Position numbers and translations under genes: made by a program
Shown: one piece after another, positions 10,756-25,563 of the stretch
Layout of the letters: every line of letters begins with the position of its first letter
Numbering within the stretch: position 1 is the first letter of the stretch
Source of the DNA: Strigamia acuminata
Taxonomy: Eukaryota
Assembly: GCA_949358305.1 (NCBI GenBank)
Contig: OX442314.1
Coordinates: forward strand, 19,406,001 to 19,470,000
Length of the DNA: 64,000 nucleotides
Direction of reading: 5' to 3'
The notes under the pieces: generated by a model
The model's database searches: none
The model's input: only the letters and a program-made list of their open reading frames with translations
Told to the model about the DNA's origin: nothing

Positions 10756-13700
10756 ATGGTGTTGTGGAGGAGGTAAGTTGGCAATACATAATGCTCGATA
10801 CTTAAAACAAAAAATACTTTTAGTAGTATAAAGCGTTAACTACAGGGCTTTTCATAAATAGCGATGTAATACACATTTCACATTTTAAACATTTTAAACT
10901 TGTTTATATTTTTTAAACAAGTCTAAAAATGGAAAATTTAACAAGTAAAATCTTGCATTTCAACAAGTTTAAATGACTTTATAACAAATTTGTTTGATTT
11001 GATAGAAAAAGAATGTAGATATCCGTTTGTATTAGTTGTAAATATTGTTATTTAATTATGTTTAGACGAAAGTAAAATGTAAACAGATTTACGCAATTCG
11101 TATTTTCATTAACTATATATACACAACGAAAAGTTTTATTTATTTACAGAAGTGGAACTGGAATATTCTTGATAGTCGTTCTTATGCTATTACTTCCGGG
11201 TAAGAAGAATATAAACCAATTACAAGTGAATTATTGATACAATATGGTTGCTGACATGTATACCTCCATGCTTTTAGGCAACTGCCGTAGAAGAATTAAA
11301 CTGAAAGATTTGTTGACTGCATCTTTGTTCGCCAAGTCAAGAAATGCAGCAATAGTTACGACAAAAAACCCATTTTTCGCAAGATCTAGTACCAGAATAA
11401 ATCAAATGTACGGAAATGGGTCATGCACGTCTGAGGGGTGTTTACGAGCAGGTAACGAAATTTATAACCCGTCACAAACACATTAAAATTTAGTATTCCA
11501 AAAAACAAAATGATCTAGCAAATAATGTGGGTACAGAACAGTGACTTTGAAATTAAAGGTCAAAAACTTGAAAATGACAAAACTTTAATTAATCTTTAGA
11601 CAATTAATGTCATAGTCATTTTAAGCCGTTAAGCCGGATAGCCATTAAAGAGAAGCGCTGAAAATTAAGCTCCTCATTTGTTAATGAGTACGATCCCATC
11701 ATCATCGGGTTTAAAATATCACAAATTGCTCAGATAAAGAACGGAAAAGAGCTTCTTTATCACGCAATACATATTCCACAAATGATTATGCCAGGAAATA
11801 TCTACAATTTGCAAAATCCGACATTTAATATTTGTATTTCAACGCAGCAATAACTTTGGGAATGAACATTGATCGAAAAGCAAATCCGTGTGAAGATTTT
11901 TACCAATTTGCATGCGGCGGTTACATTAAGCGTGCAACAATCCCAGAAGATAAGATCATAGTGGATACAATCGACAAAGTTCAAGGCGAATTGACAGGAA
12001 ATCTCAAAGGTTTGTAATTGCTTTCTTACACGATAAAGTCTCGGATATATGCATTGCAAATGATTTTTTTTTCAAAAAATACATTATTCCAGCTATAATT
12101 GAAGAATCAAAAAGTTTAACGGACGGTGAAGCAATAAAAAAGTTAAAAGACATGTACAATGCTTGCTTAGACACCGGTAAGTTTTATAGCCAATTTATGT
12201 TCAGACTTAATTAATCGTGCAAATATTGTAGAGACAATAAAGAAATTGGGGTTGCGTCCACTGCAGGACTTAATAAGAGGTTTTGGTGGATGGCCAGTGG
12301 TTGAAGGATCAAATTGGACTAGTATAGGGTTCGACTGGCAAAAACTTCTCTACAAGTTCAAAGAGAAAGGAGTCTTTTATGATATTCTATTATCTATTGG
12401 AGTAGCACCAGATCCTAAAGATACTAGTCAAAATATAATTCACGTAAATTTATTCAATTTTTCTCCTAATCTTGACAGAAATTAAAATTTTCATATTTTT
12501 AATTTTTATTTTTTCAAGTTGGATCAACCACCATTTGTCATAGGCAATCAAATAGTGCAGCAAAGAGAATGGGGGCGTCCTCAATTGGCTATTTGGAGGC
12601 ACCCAAGTGCTAGTGAAAGGGTAGACAATCAAAGCATGAAAGTTTACTATAATGTCATGTTAAAAATGGCTATAAACCTCGGCGCAAATAAAACTTCAGC
12701 TCAGAAAGACTTGCAATCTGTAGTCGAGTTTGAAAGACAACTGGCACAAGTAGCTATATATAAAATGCCTGCAGTAAAACTATACTATTTAAATATTAAA
12801 TCAATTATTACAGATATCAAAGAGAAAACACAACAACAGTCTGAAAAAAGGATTCCTTGTCACGGACATATTGGGACTAATTCAAATGGCGCCTCATGTA
12901 AACGATGACTAACCCCAGTAAATCATCTCTCACAAACGGGCATTTCATTTCAGATCGATTGGCTAGATTATTTTAATGAAGTCGTATCTCATCGCATCAG
13001 AAGACATGAGCGAATTTTGGTAATGGCTCCCGATTACATCAAACAATTGTCTAAACTACTTGCTAGGACGGATGAAAGGTAAAGATCTCTGTTGTGCCCT
13101 GCTCAAATTAATTAAGCAAGGAACTTTGTAGGACTTTAGCTAATTATCTCATATGGCAAGCAGTTCAATCAGTTGCGCATCAGTTAGGACCTCCATTTCA
13201 AGATCTCATATTCAGTTTGCATAGCTATAATACTGGTCAAGTGAAGAGACAATCTAGATGGTTGGAATGTTTAGCATATGCTAATAGAAATATGGGTCTT
13301 TCAATGGGCGCCCTTTATGTGAGAAAATATTTTAATTCACAGGCCAAGGAGAAGGTAATTTAAACGGGTACAATTATAAAAAATATTTTCTTATATTCCA
13401 CATTAATTGAAACGCCTGTGGGTTTAGGTTCAGGAAATGGTGAGCACAATTCGAAGTGAATTTGCACTCATTCTAAATGAAAATGATTGGATGGATATGA
13501 AAACTTTACGCAGAGCCAAAGCAAAAGTAAGTTACAGAATCTGCGTGTCAGAGATTCGAATCTTTCATATATTTTTTGGGATTCGGTGTGGGATTCGGAT
13601 GGTTAAGTGACACCATATGGTTTGTTTTCGACTTTTAAAGAATTCAGCAATGATCTATCATGTGGCGTATCCTGATGAACTTTTGGATAATAGTAAACTG

Positions 13701-14926
13701 GATCGCTTCTATCGTAAAGTATTTGGGCGCTTTCTTTTTGAATTGCGAAGATTTTTATGTAGCAAACTTTATGTAGTTACATGTTAATCGCAATCAACAT
13801 TTCCAAAATGCTTTAAAAGCGAATAAATTCCGTCGACAGTTTCAATTAGGACGACTACGTAAATCAACATTTAGAGATAGGTAAGAAATATTTATACTTA
13901 AGTATACCAGCACAGCTTTAAAATTAAAATTAAATAACTTATGTAAATCGTATCAAAGTTGGGTCTACCACGGAGAAGTTGCAAACGTTAATGCTTTATA
14001 CGGAGTGCTCGAAAACAGTATTCGTAAGTTTCCTATTTCCTCTTTGAAGCTTAAGTTAAATTTTAAATTTCTTTGGTTTCTGTTTTTAGAAATTCATGCA
14101 GGAATGTTACATGGTTGGTTCTTCGAAGCAAACAGACCTCAATACTTAAATTTTGGCAGCATTGGTGCTGTAATAGGACATGAAATAACTCATGGATTTG
14201 ATGATCAAGGTTCTGGGTTCACAAGTAACAACAATTTCTCTTGTATCATTAAATTGCATGAAACATTATGTAGGAAGACAATTTGACGAAACTGGAAACT
14301 TGAAAGGCTGGTGGGATCCTGTAACCGATCAAAAATTTTCAGAAAAAGCATCATGTTTTGTGAAGCAGTATGAAAACTACACAGTAAAGGAACTAAACCA
14401 AAAAGTAAGCATTTTCCATTATTTTAGCATTAACACTTAATTTTTACCTTTTTATGAACTAACGTGTGTAGTTAGATGGTAGAAACACACTGGGAGAAAA
14501 CATTGCAGATAACGGAGGGGTTAAAATAGCGTACAAAGTAAGCCGTTATGATTTCCCTACACATCGTAACCAAGAACTTATTTCTTATTTTTAGGCTTAC
14601 TTGAAATGGGCAAATAAAAACAGCAATGAATTAAAGCTGCCAGGACTGAATTTCACTCCCAGGCAATTATTTTGGCTTAGTTACGCAAATGTGAGTGATT
14701 TATTGAAATTTATACAAATGTATTTAACTTTTCTCTTCAAATTAATTAGAATTGGTGTGGCAAAATGAGACCTGAGGTTTTGCATGTTTACGTCACAAGA
14801 GGTCGCCATAGTCCGAATAAAATGAGAGTTAATGGGCCATTAGCAAACTTGAAAGAATTTGCCAAAGATTTTGCTTGTGCTGCAGACAGTGTTATGAATC
14901 CAAGAAAGAAGTGCGAGTTGTGGTAA
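10756..14926 (+). CDS. Neprilysin (M13 zinc metallopeptidase), catalytically intact
   Basis: N-terminal hydrophobic segment; [56 protein letters not shown] and terminal CELW*. Many short introns. Confidence 0.95.
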
Positions 14927-17635
14927 TGTGTGACGTGGATAAATCATCCTAGTTACATCATTGTTTTTAATAAAAATTTCAAAATTTTAAACCTACGAAT
15001 TCTTCATTTCAACGGATCAGTGGCATTGAAGATTTACAATCAATTTATATTTAAAATGAATTTAAGTGATTCAAGTAGTCACGCTCTGATTCACCTAATA
15101 TCAACCAACCAAATACCATTTCCGGACTGTCAGAAAAATTGATAGCATTTTTTTCCCAGCTTGAAAAAATAAGAAAACAAAATTCTTAAATTCTACTAAG
15201 AGATTTCTCACTTTGAAATATCTTTTATTTAATTATTCATTTAATTTGTCTTTCTTTCCACTTTTAATTATAAAAGCAGTTCCATCAATCGCTCCACCAG
15301 GAATAACTTTTATTTTTGTGCAACTAAACCTGCCATTTATCTTCAAACTTTCTAAATTAAAAAATAATACCGTACACTTCAAACCGCGACTGCAACGTTT
15401 ATCTGTTTTTTAAAAATAAAACTCAATAAAGTTGCTAAGCTTTCGCGTGTGTACAATTTTATCCCCGACTTAAAGCCGGGTGGAAACTAAAAATCCATTT
15501 TGAAATCGATACACGCCACATTAAAAATCATTTATACACCCAAGAAAAATAATATCTACCCATTTTTCGACCAAGAAGAATTATTTAAATAAAATAAACT
15601 AAATATTTTGTGCTCAAAAAGCTCCCTTGTTTACCCCTGCCAACCAACCACAACATCGACTCTTCCGCGTCTCCTGCTTACTGCCAGACCCAGATGTGTG
15701 TAACATAAAGGACATAATTTACATACTACCGAGGCAACATTATTCAACATAAACGCGCCAAACTGTTTCAACAAAAATAAAAGTATTTCCCTACCGTAAT
15801 CGCCTATGCAAATGCCGTCATTACTCAGTAATCGTCTTATGCTTACTGCCAGTTGCCAGCTACCAGTTGAATGTCTGTTGCTCTTTTCCGGTAGAAATCA
15901 ATCGTCCAACCGTACACTACCACGAGGCTGAAAAATAAAAATTGTTTAAAATATTTTTCACAATATGAAATTGTTGATTATTTAAAAGTATCTTAGCAAA
16001 ATTATAGCACTAGTTTCTTCTCTCTTCAAAAATGTCAAGTCGATCTTACGCCCTCTGGTTTCAAGATTTCGCACTAAAACGTGTCCATTACTGACTACTG
16101 ACCACAACGCGCGAAATTTATTTTCAAATAACGCATTTGCACACGTTAAAATAATAATCCACGAATAACGTCATAAAAATATTGATAACATTTTATTTTC
16201 CTCAATTTGTACAAAAAAAAAATACATCACTCGTGTGTGACAACATTTTTTATAAAAGGAAATTTCTGATGATGCATGTGGTGATGCGTAGGGTTGAGGT
16301 GATCTCACATTCAAGGATAAAGGCAAGTGTTTCAACATACCATACGCACGCACTCTACTTTTAGATTTAACTTTGTTTTAATTCAAGCTGAGGGTTTGCA
16401 GCCACGATTTTCATGTTTGAATAAGTTGAAATCTCTTTTGTAATTTAATTAGTAAGTAATAAAAATTGCTGTCACAAAAAAAAAAAAATCTTGAAATTTC
16501 TTCCCCTTTCTCTCACTACGAATGAATGTGCATGTATTAACCTTCACCTATGAGTTATATCCACTTTTCCTGGTGGGGAGCCGCTTGAACAACTTTTTTC
16601 TCAGTTCTAGTAACTGACCTCAATATCTCTGCTTCTCCTCGTGTTTGCAAGCAACGAGGTGTTTAAAAAACCCACTTTTCTATGTCACACTGATTGATTT
16701 TACGACACTAATAGCACCACTGTTGCCAGATGGCTGGAGTGTTACCACCATCAAGATCTCGGACACCGAGTCGAGTCAAGTTGAGGACAAGGTACAGCAA
16801 TTCTATTTTTACTTTTTTACTTTTTCAATTTGATTATTTTAACCCTTTGGCTAAAAAATAATTATTTTCTATTTTTACTTGTGTTTAAGAGGAAATAAAT
16901 GAATAAAAAAGATATTAAGTACAGTATCACCGATCACTCTTATTCATACATTGTGTAAACAAACTCACTCGCCTATAAATACCATAGATAAGAAACCCGT
17001 ATACATTTTAATTCAACGGTTCCAATGCAGGTACGGCAGTTTAGTTGCCTCAACATTTGAATTTGTGTTGAACTCTCTACGATTTCTCAATTATTGAATA
17101 AAAGTGATTTTTAATTAAAAATACCATTGAACTACCGGTACTCATTTACCTTGAACCAATATTTTTAAAAATGCATGTTTGTGTAAAATGGACTGACCTG
17201 AATACACAAACGTGGATATGTCAATAGAAAAATAATGAATCGAGCACAAACAATTCAGGTAATTTGATGAGTTACGTAAATGCAAAGGTTTCGAACTATT
17301 AATAGAAGTCGTACATCCAACAAATCAGCAGTTTTTAAGAACTTTTCTATTACGTTTTTTTACTTGTTAGTCAGTTGAGACATTGAAACAATCACAAGAA
17401 GAAAAAGATAAACAAGATTTCCACAATAAATATAATTTAGAATTTAATATTATACCATTTTTCCATTCTGTGCTTATGGTGAATTGAGGAAACTGAACTG
17501 ACAACCAACGACCATTAATGTGCAATTAAAATGATTCAAACTTTAGTTTAAGGCTACAGTTCAAGTGATTTTAACAAGATAACAGTAGATGTGGTCAAAT
17601 AATGCCTAACAGAACGATGCTTGTGTCATTTTTAG

Positions 17636-20600
17636 ATACTGCAGCTGGAAATCTTGCTGCATCCTTATCGTCTTTTTATTCATTTTGACAGTAATAGCTA
17701 TTGGATTAGGTAGGCCAGCTCATATAATTTCAAAATGCTGAATTTTTAACTGCTTCTCCTTTAACTTATTTATAGGTTTAGGAATTCCATCATTGCTGAA
17801 AATGAAAGATCAGCCAGCGCTCTTGGTTGGGGAATCTGGTACACAATGTTTGCATCTATTAATTAGCAAGTTGCTTCATTAAGATTCTCATTTTCAGTCG
17901 AACGTATTTTCCAAAGTGCAGACCTCAATCAAGATCCTTGCACTAATTTCTATAATTATGCTTGCGGTAACTATGCAAAAAACATTAAATTCGCACAAAA
18001 TGAAATGAAAATCGACGCAGTTTCTGAAATCAATCATAAAATTTTTCAGGAAATAGAAGGTGTGAATTTTTCGAATTTAAATTTTATTTGATTCATTTAA
18101 TTTTAATTTACTAACAGGACTGCTGATTACTCCTAAAAATCCAAGTGAACCACCTGCATTCCATAAAGTGAAAGACTTCTATTCATCCTGCATGGACACT
18201 GGTACAACTTTCAGCACTGTTAATCTAATTTTTTATTTTAAATTACATCACTCGATTTTTCTGCACTACAGCTATGAGAAATCAATTCGAACTGGAACCT
18301 CTTTTGAGACTACTCCAAAATTTAGGCGGTTGGCCAGTAAAGGACGGCGAAAACTGGAAAAACCCATACGATGACTGGATTAAATTGTACGCTGCTCTTT
18401 ACAAAAATGGAGTTGCACCGAACTACATAATAGATACCCGCGTGATATCTGATGTGTTTAAACCAGACAAAAATATTTTGTACGTAAGTGTTATCGAGCG
18501 ATACCTCAAATCAAAAATAATTTGGAACGGTAAAATACAATTTGATATAAATGGAGTAGTCTTACTGGCTGACTGAAGAAGATTTTAAGATCTTTTTTCA
18601 GAAACAATCCCAAACATTTCCTGAATGCCAAAAGACTGTCCTATCGACTGAACACAGACGTTAAGGATACATTACTCAGATACTAATGTATTGCTTACGT
18701 GCAATGTATACATCCAGGTTTCACTGCACAGCACATATTGCTCATGAGGGTATTTTCCATGTCATTAAATTATCGCAGGGGTAATATTCTTGATAGCAAA
18801 ACTCGGGCAACTAAAACTATGAAATTTCTCCAGAGACTGTGAGATAAACATTTTTAATACAAACAAGGAAACCGCAGCAATAAATGCATTATTAAAGCAG
18901 AAAACCCGCACTTTAAGTCCCAGTTTGAGGCCTCGAGTCTCAACATTTGTACATTGTTCATGATACGTTCACATGTTCTAAGGAAATACATATTTTTTAT
19001 GACAGCAATTCGGATGAAAAACGGAAATATCGTGCCAAAATCTATTAAAATGTGTATTTTTTTTTTTACATACAGTATGCACTAATGTACTTACACATTA
19101 GGCAATAAATCATGTTACGTTCCTGGAATCCCAAATATTACTTGCACAGAATATTAATCTAATTAATTAACTAATCAACTAATTCAATGCCCGGTATTCA
19201 ACCTGTGGAAGCAGTTGAATGCCATGGTTAGGTCTTCTATCGGGTTTGGCTGTTGCTTTTATGTCTTAGGGGTAATTGAAATAAATATAATGATAAACGA
19301 GTAATTTTAAAAAGGATAAACAGTTTTATTAATGTTAAAATTAAGGAGTAATACGAATACAAGGGATAAATAAATAATCAAACGAATACGGTTAAAGTTA
19401 AACAGAGAAAGGAGAGAAATGCGCGAGAACAACGGAAATGTTCGCGCGCGCGGAAACAATAAGTTACGAAAATGGCGGCAACGGATCGCCGTGAAAATTG
19501 GTGCAAATGCACAAACGGGTGCAAAATCGTGAGACTTTGCGAGTTGATTCGGCTGTGGAGCCAGAATCGTGGCCAGCTAGATAGCCAGGCCGAAGTGGAG
19601 AATACGAGGTGTGAACCCTCAAGTCGAAACGTGAAATTCTCCGTTGAAAACTCACGAATCCAACTGGCGTGGTTCGCACTGTCGAATCCGGTTTTCAAGT
19701 CCGTTTCTTCTCGGTAAATTACCGTCGTCGGCAGGTCGAGCGTCGGCGGCGTTAGCTCTGCTTCGCTCGGCGGCTGGCTGGCGTCGGTCTTCAACGTCTG
19801 TCGCTCGAATTACCGTCGTCGGGTGGCTAGCGTCGAGGTTTCGTCGGCTTTCGCGCGTCGTCCCTCGTCGGCTTGGCGTCTTCCGGGCGTCGGTCGTCGA
19901 TGGCGTGTGCACGTCTGTCTTCGATGGCGTGTGCACGTCTGACTTCGGGCGGCGGCGGAAACAACGAGTGTTCGGTTCGTTGCACGTCGACTTTCTCGTC
20001 CGGGAAGGATTCGTTTGAGTGTTTGTTCAGACAAATCAAGGTGAAACTTGGCAAACTCACTGGTCACAGACAAAACAGTGTTTTAGTTGGAACAAAGCTG
20101 TGTCGGTGTGAACGGTGTGAGGAAGATGCAAAGAGTGAGCAATAAATAATCAGATTTATTGCTCAAAGTTGGACCGAAAAATTGGCCAGTGCGCATGCGT
20201 GGCGTGTGCCACGGCACGCTTTGGCCCTAAAAACGGTGCAATTTGGGGTTTTGCCCTAGCAACCCCCCAATCCAGGGCTCAAATTACCAGGGCAGTGGCA
20301 ACGGTTTTTGTGCAAATTGCCCAAAAGCACAACAGGTGCAGAACAAATATACCCGTACATTATTTTAAATATTATTACACAATAAAAACATCACATAATT
20401 TGTTAAAAACCACTAAAATAAATATATTCCTCAAATTAGTCACTTCCAGCATTTCCAAATAATTAAAGGGACTGTAAAACAATTTATTTAACACATTAAA
20501 TAAATTGGATTATTAATTTCTTGTACTCCAAATATTCCAAATAAAAAGGGACATTTGGGGTCACAACACTTCCCCCCCAATTCAGTCAAAATGTAAAAAA

Positions 20601-23600
20601 AAAATCATAATGAATGTAGAACTAAGTCAACAGAGACGCCTATGCTGCACATGTCTCTGCTCCACTGCGCATTCAATTGTTGTGCTATGTCAATTGTTGT
20701 GCTATGTCATTTCCGTTGCATCGATTTCATTACATCTGTTGTGATGTTCCGGTACTTCTCTCTGTGGGTTCTTCTTGGTTAATGAAAACCAAGTCAAAAT
20801 AATTTGAAGTCTCTTGGACACAAAATGTTTTCAGAACCTTTTACTAGCTAGCTAGGCAAAACAGCAACTGTACAAGCATAATGTTTTGATTAAAAAAGTA
20901 AACTAATACAAAACAAAAGAACAATACACATACTATACTGACACACATGACATAACATATTCTAACTAAAAATAAACACTCTTTAAATGACATAAATTCA
21001 AGATATTGTGACTAACAAATGTTATATACAGTAAAATATTATAAATGATAAAATGCAAATCTCACACTGTGTTACTCTCCTATTCAGCGCGGAGAAAGAC
21101 GGAAATCCACGTCCAAATACCAATACGAATAATTTTATAAAATTTAGATCTCAGAAGGCAAATTAGCGCTGCCAAATCAAGTTTTCATTTACGGGCCGAA
21201 CAATATTTTAAATGCCTACCACAAATTGATGATCGATGTTGCCAAGTATTTTGGAGTTGAAACTGAAAGAGCTGAAAAAGAGATGAACGACGTTTTTGAA
21301 TTTGAAAGCAAACTTGCCGAAGTAATTGTTTGATAGTACAGTTATTCGAAATAACTGATTTGTTGCTTATACCTATAAGCAATTTTATTTTATCATTGTA
21401 GACCATGCTTAACAGAGATGAAACAATAACTAAGAAAACCATCAACGAACTTGAATCGTCATTGCAACACGTAAAAACAGCACTAAGTTACTCAATTAAT
21501 TTCTAAAAAATGTTTCCTTTTCCAGCTCCATCTTTTGGACTATTTACACGGCGTATTACCATACAAAGTAGAAGGAAATGAACCAATTTTGACTAAACAT
21601 ACGCAGTTTTTAAAAAAATTCAGTAATTTAATAGGACGTACTGACATGAGGTAAGATACACTGCATAGCTTCTTCACCTACAACAAAACCCTCTCCATCA
21701 TGGATTAAACAATGCTCAGCTGTTCTGCGCATGTTTGCGTCAGTATGGTCGAAATTGGGCGAGTTTCGCTGCATTGTGAACAGAAACTTCGCGCAGCAAT
21801 TGAATTTTGCTCATCGCTTCGCAGTATTGTAAACTAACCTTTATGATTGATCTACTTTATTCATTTTTAGGACCGTAACAAATTACCTCATTTGGAGAAT
21901 AGTTGTAGTCAGCTTACAATTCCTAGATAACAAAGCCATTGCAATATACGATGCATTTCATGAAACAATTGGCATGCAACCTAAAAACCACAAAACTAAA
22001 TGTTTGGAAGACAGTTTATATTTTCTGCCCAGTGGTCTGAGTTTAATGTACGTGAAGAATTACATAAGTGAAGACACTAAACAAACTGTAAGAATTTAAA
22101 AATCGATCATTTTTAGAGAAGGCAATACTGACAACAATATTTTATAGGTCACCTCTTTTGCTAACAATATTAGAGATGTTTTCTTAGCACAAATCCATAA
22201 AATGAAATGGTTAGATAATGCCACGGATGAAAGAGCAATTGCCAAGGTAAACTCCCACTCGGTTCCAATTTCCATTGAATTTTAATTCGTAGCTCTTTTT
22301 ATAGATTAAGCAAATAGAATTCTACGTTGCTTACCCAGACGAATATTCAGAAAAGGAAATCGTTAACGACTTATACAAATCCGTAAGTTAAATAAGAAAT
22401 TTTTCTTCTGCATATTTTCAAATTTTTACATTTTCAGATAAATTTGCAAAGTAATACATTTTTCCAAAATGTATTGACAATAAAGCTTTGGCAATATAAC
22501 CAAGAGCTTTGGCCATTAAGATGGCCGGTTAAATCTCAGTAAGTACGTAGTACTAAAGTATTCTAATACACATTAACTTGCCGCTATATTTCTATTATTT
22601 CAGTTGGAATATTTTTACGAATCTTTTGCAAGCAAAAGCACTGTACAATTTACAAATGAACAGTATAGGTAATAAAAAAAAATACAATTATTTTAAAAAA
22701 TGGATTTTAAAATTCATGCCCTAATTGGAAAAAAAATCATAAAATTAGAGCTTTTTATAAACGACCTTAAATTGATGTATTATGACGAGAAGGGGCCAAC
22801 AGCTTTCAATATTGGTGCTCTTGGAAGTGTAATCGCCCATGAAATATTTCACTCAATTGATAAAAAAGGTAAAATGAAAAAATACTTTTTCCAATAATTG
22901 AAAATTTAGTCTATTAACTCGTTCGCAGGAAGCCAATATAATTCAAATCGAACACTTCAAAGTTGGTGGAGTCCTGAGTCAACGTTAAATTTCATAAACA
23001 TATCCGAGTGTTTCATTAAAAAGTACAATGGTTTTACGGAACCATTAAGTGGCATACAGGTAGAAAAAACACCTGATATTCTAGGTACCTCACTCTTATT
23101 TCATACCTATTTTTACACGCAGGTGAATGGCTCTCTCTCGCTAGCAGAAAATATGGCAGATTTTGTAGGCGTTCGCACTGCTTATTATGTAGATCAATGT
23201 CAAACTCATTCAGAATTCGCATGATTTCGATTTAACATACATTCCACAGGCATTTCGAAAGTACATTGAAACTAAAGGTGGTGCTCAAAGTTTGCCGAAG
23301 AAATTTCCATGGACCGAAGCGCAATTATTTTGGTTAAGTTATGCCAATGTACGTTTTTCTTCTCCTTTGAATTAAAGATAATTATCGTCAGATTCTAAAT
23401 TAATTAAATTAATTCTTCAGATGTTTTGTGAACGCAATGTTGGCAAATATTCGTCTTGGCGCCCGACTGATGATCACAGCCCAAATATGTTCAGGTAGGA
23501 TCGAGACAATAATTTAAAATTTAATTTTTACAATTGAGAGATATCCCCTTCAGTGTTTAGTTGTTTATTTTAATCGAAAGTTAATTGCACCTTCATTTGA

Positions 23601-23768
23601 AATTGCTCTTTTAATTAAAATATTATACAGTTTTTAATAGTTGGATACTCCATTTTAATTATTTGTAGAGTTAACGGACCTCTGACTTCACTACCAGAAT
23701 TTGTGCATGATTTTAATTGTAATATTAACTCGGAAATGGCTATGAAAAAGCTGCGGTGCAAAGTGTAA
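17636..23768 (+). CDS. Divergent neprilysin-like M13 peptidase (tandem paralogue); start exon upstream unresolved
   Basis: TM segment CCILIVFLFILTVIAIGLG; DPCTNFYNYACG, GGWPV, HEIFH (22838), ENMAD, HSPNMFRVNG; ends RCKV*. Confidence 0.88.
19113..20580 (-). mobile_element. LTR (about 1.46 kb) of an LTR retrotransposon with adjacent polypurine tract, in a neprilysin intron
   Basis: On the minus strand the PPT GGGGGGGAAG (20578-20569) immediately precedes TGTTGTGACCCC (20568), and the element ends ...GGAACGTAACA (19113). It has TGTT/AACA termini, a GC-rich core and a minus-strand AATAAA at ~19325. Confidence 0.7.
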
Positions 23769-25563
23769 CAAATGTATATTTAGTTTAAGATATTTTACTA
23801 ATTTATTTGGAAGAAAAAAAGCAATCGTACTTATTTTAACTAAAGTCAGATTTATTTTGTTTATACCAAAGTAACAAATCATATTTTGTTGTGTATAATC
23901 AACTTATATTGAAATTTGGTGTTTTGTAACAGAATTTTAATAAAACTAATGTAATTTTCACAAATTTCAAATCTTTTCTCCGAGTTTTATTCACAGTCAG
24001 AAAATCTGACTCTCTTTAAGAAAAAAAAATTGTTTATCTTTCGCCCCCTGAGCTTTGCTGCACTTCACAACAAAAGAAATTAATTTCACTTTAAGAGATA
24101 AAATGAAATTACCAATTTTAATTTTTTTTATTCTTGGATTATGAGTTTGAAATCAAATTAGCTCGACAGATTTTGTCCTACAGTCACGCAGAAATGAAAT
24201 GATATAATAAAAAGAAAATTATATTGATTCTAACATTTACAGTTTCATCTAAAAAGAAAGTAAAATCCTGATTTTGACAACTTAAATTCCAAATATATCT
24301 GGAAATGTCATGATCAGCCGTTCGTGCCAACTACCAACTGCCAAACATAATCTTTAAAAAAAAATAAAAAATATCATTTTTCTGTTATGATGTTCCTCTA
24401 TTAGCGCACAAACATCATTTATAAAATTTCTGTCACCATAATGCATACTATATTTTCCGTTACCTGCTACGTTATTATAATTTTAGTCAATAATTCTCAT
24501 TAAGTGTCATTTAAAGAATGCTGTGAAGCCTCAATTTACATCTTCTTTGCTTTCATTTTAAATTAAACTTTTAACGACTTGAATAAGTTACGAACTAAAC
24601 ATTTCTTGAAGAAATTCACAAATTCTTTTTCATAATATCGGTAATACGTGCAATTTCGTATCGATTTATTACCTTATATTAAATGGGTATGTCAAGGAGT
24701 AATTGTTAGTGCGTGATTATTCATACTTGATCATTAAAAAATTTTATGGTGCCCCCTCTACTTATAACCTTTAAATCGTTGATTTAATAATTTATCGCCT
24801 CATTATTATTCCTTAGGAAATAAATTTTCTTCCCAATCAACAAAAAAATTAAATTTCAGGATAGACACACAAAATGATAAGATAATTTGTTATATTTTGA
24901 TACAGAAAAGCTTTATGACCGTTTAAAAAACATTATTCGTGTGTGCTTATGTAAATACATGTAATATAATTTTAAATTTAAATTTACAGTATAAAAACAT
25001 TTACCATAAATTACATTTCCTATTTCAATGCGAGAGCCAACTCTGTACTTTGTATTAAGTTTCCATTAGTGTTGTAAATTCAATTTATTGTTTTAACTGT
25101 GAAAGTCTGGATAATCTCATTTAAGAGAAAATATAAAACCCCAATACACTCTACATCATAAATTCTTGAGTTATACGATCCATTTTGAACCACAGCACAA
25201 TTAAATGGTCGTATTTATTTCAATTGAATTACTCAGAAATTGAAATTCTATAAACAGAGAAGAAAGAATACACGTCTCTACTTCCTCAGGTTCCAAAAAA
25301 ATCTATATTCGCTTTTTCGTTTCCGCTTTTTTATTTATTATGTTCCAAATCCTTTATTATTTTCCCCTACTTGCACATAACAAAAAATGTCAAATCGATT
25401 TATAAATTTTATATTAAAAGCAGAGAGAAAAGCTACATTTTATAATAAAATAGCGGCGCAATTGTCGTTTGACAAGCATTTCAAAACTGAGCATGCGTAG
25501 CAAATGTTGAACCAGGTAAGTGAATTTTGAAAACAAGACTCACACCGCGAAGTGGAAGAGACC

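Noticed and set aside
15670..15870. Repeated TGCTTACTGCCAG (reverse complement contains a miR-34-like seed)
   Set aside because: No convincing precursor hairpin around either copy.
19378..20462. Many overlapping ORFs on both strands
   Set aside because: A by-product of the GC-rich LTR core; no gag, pol or other recognisable motifs.
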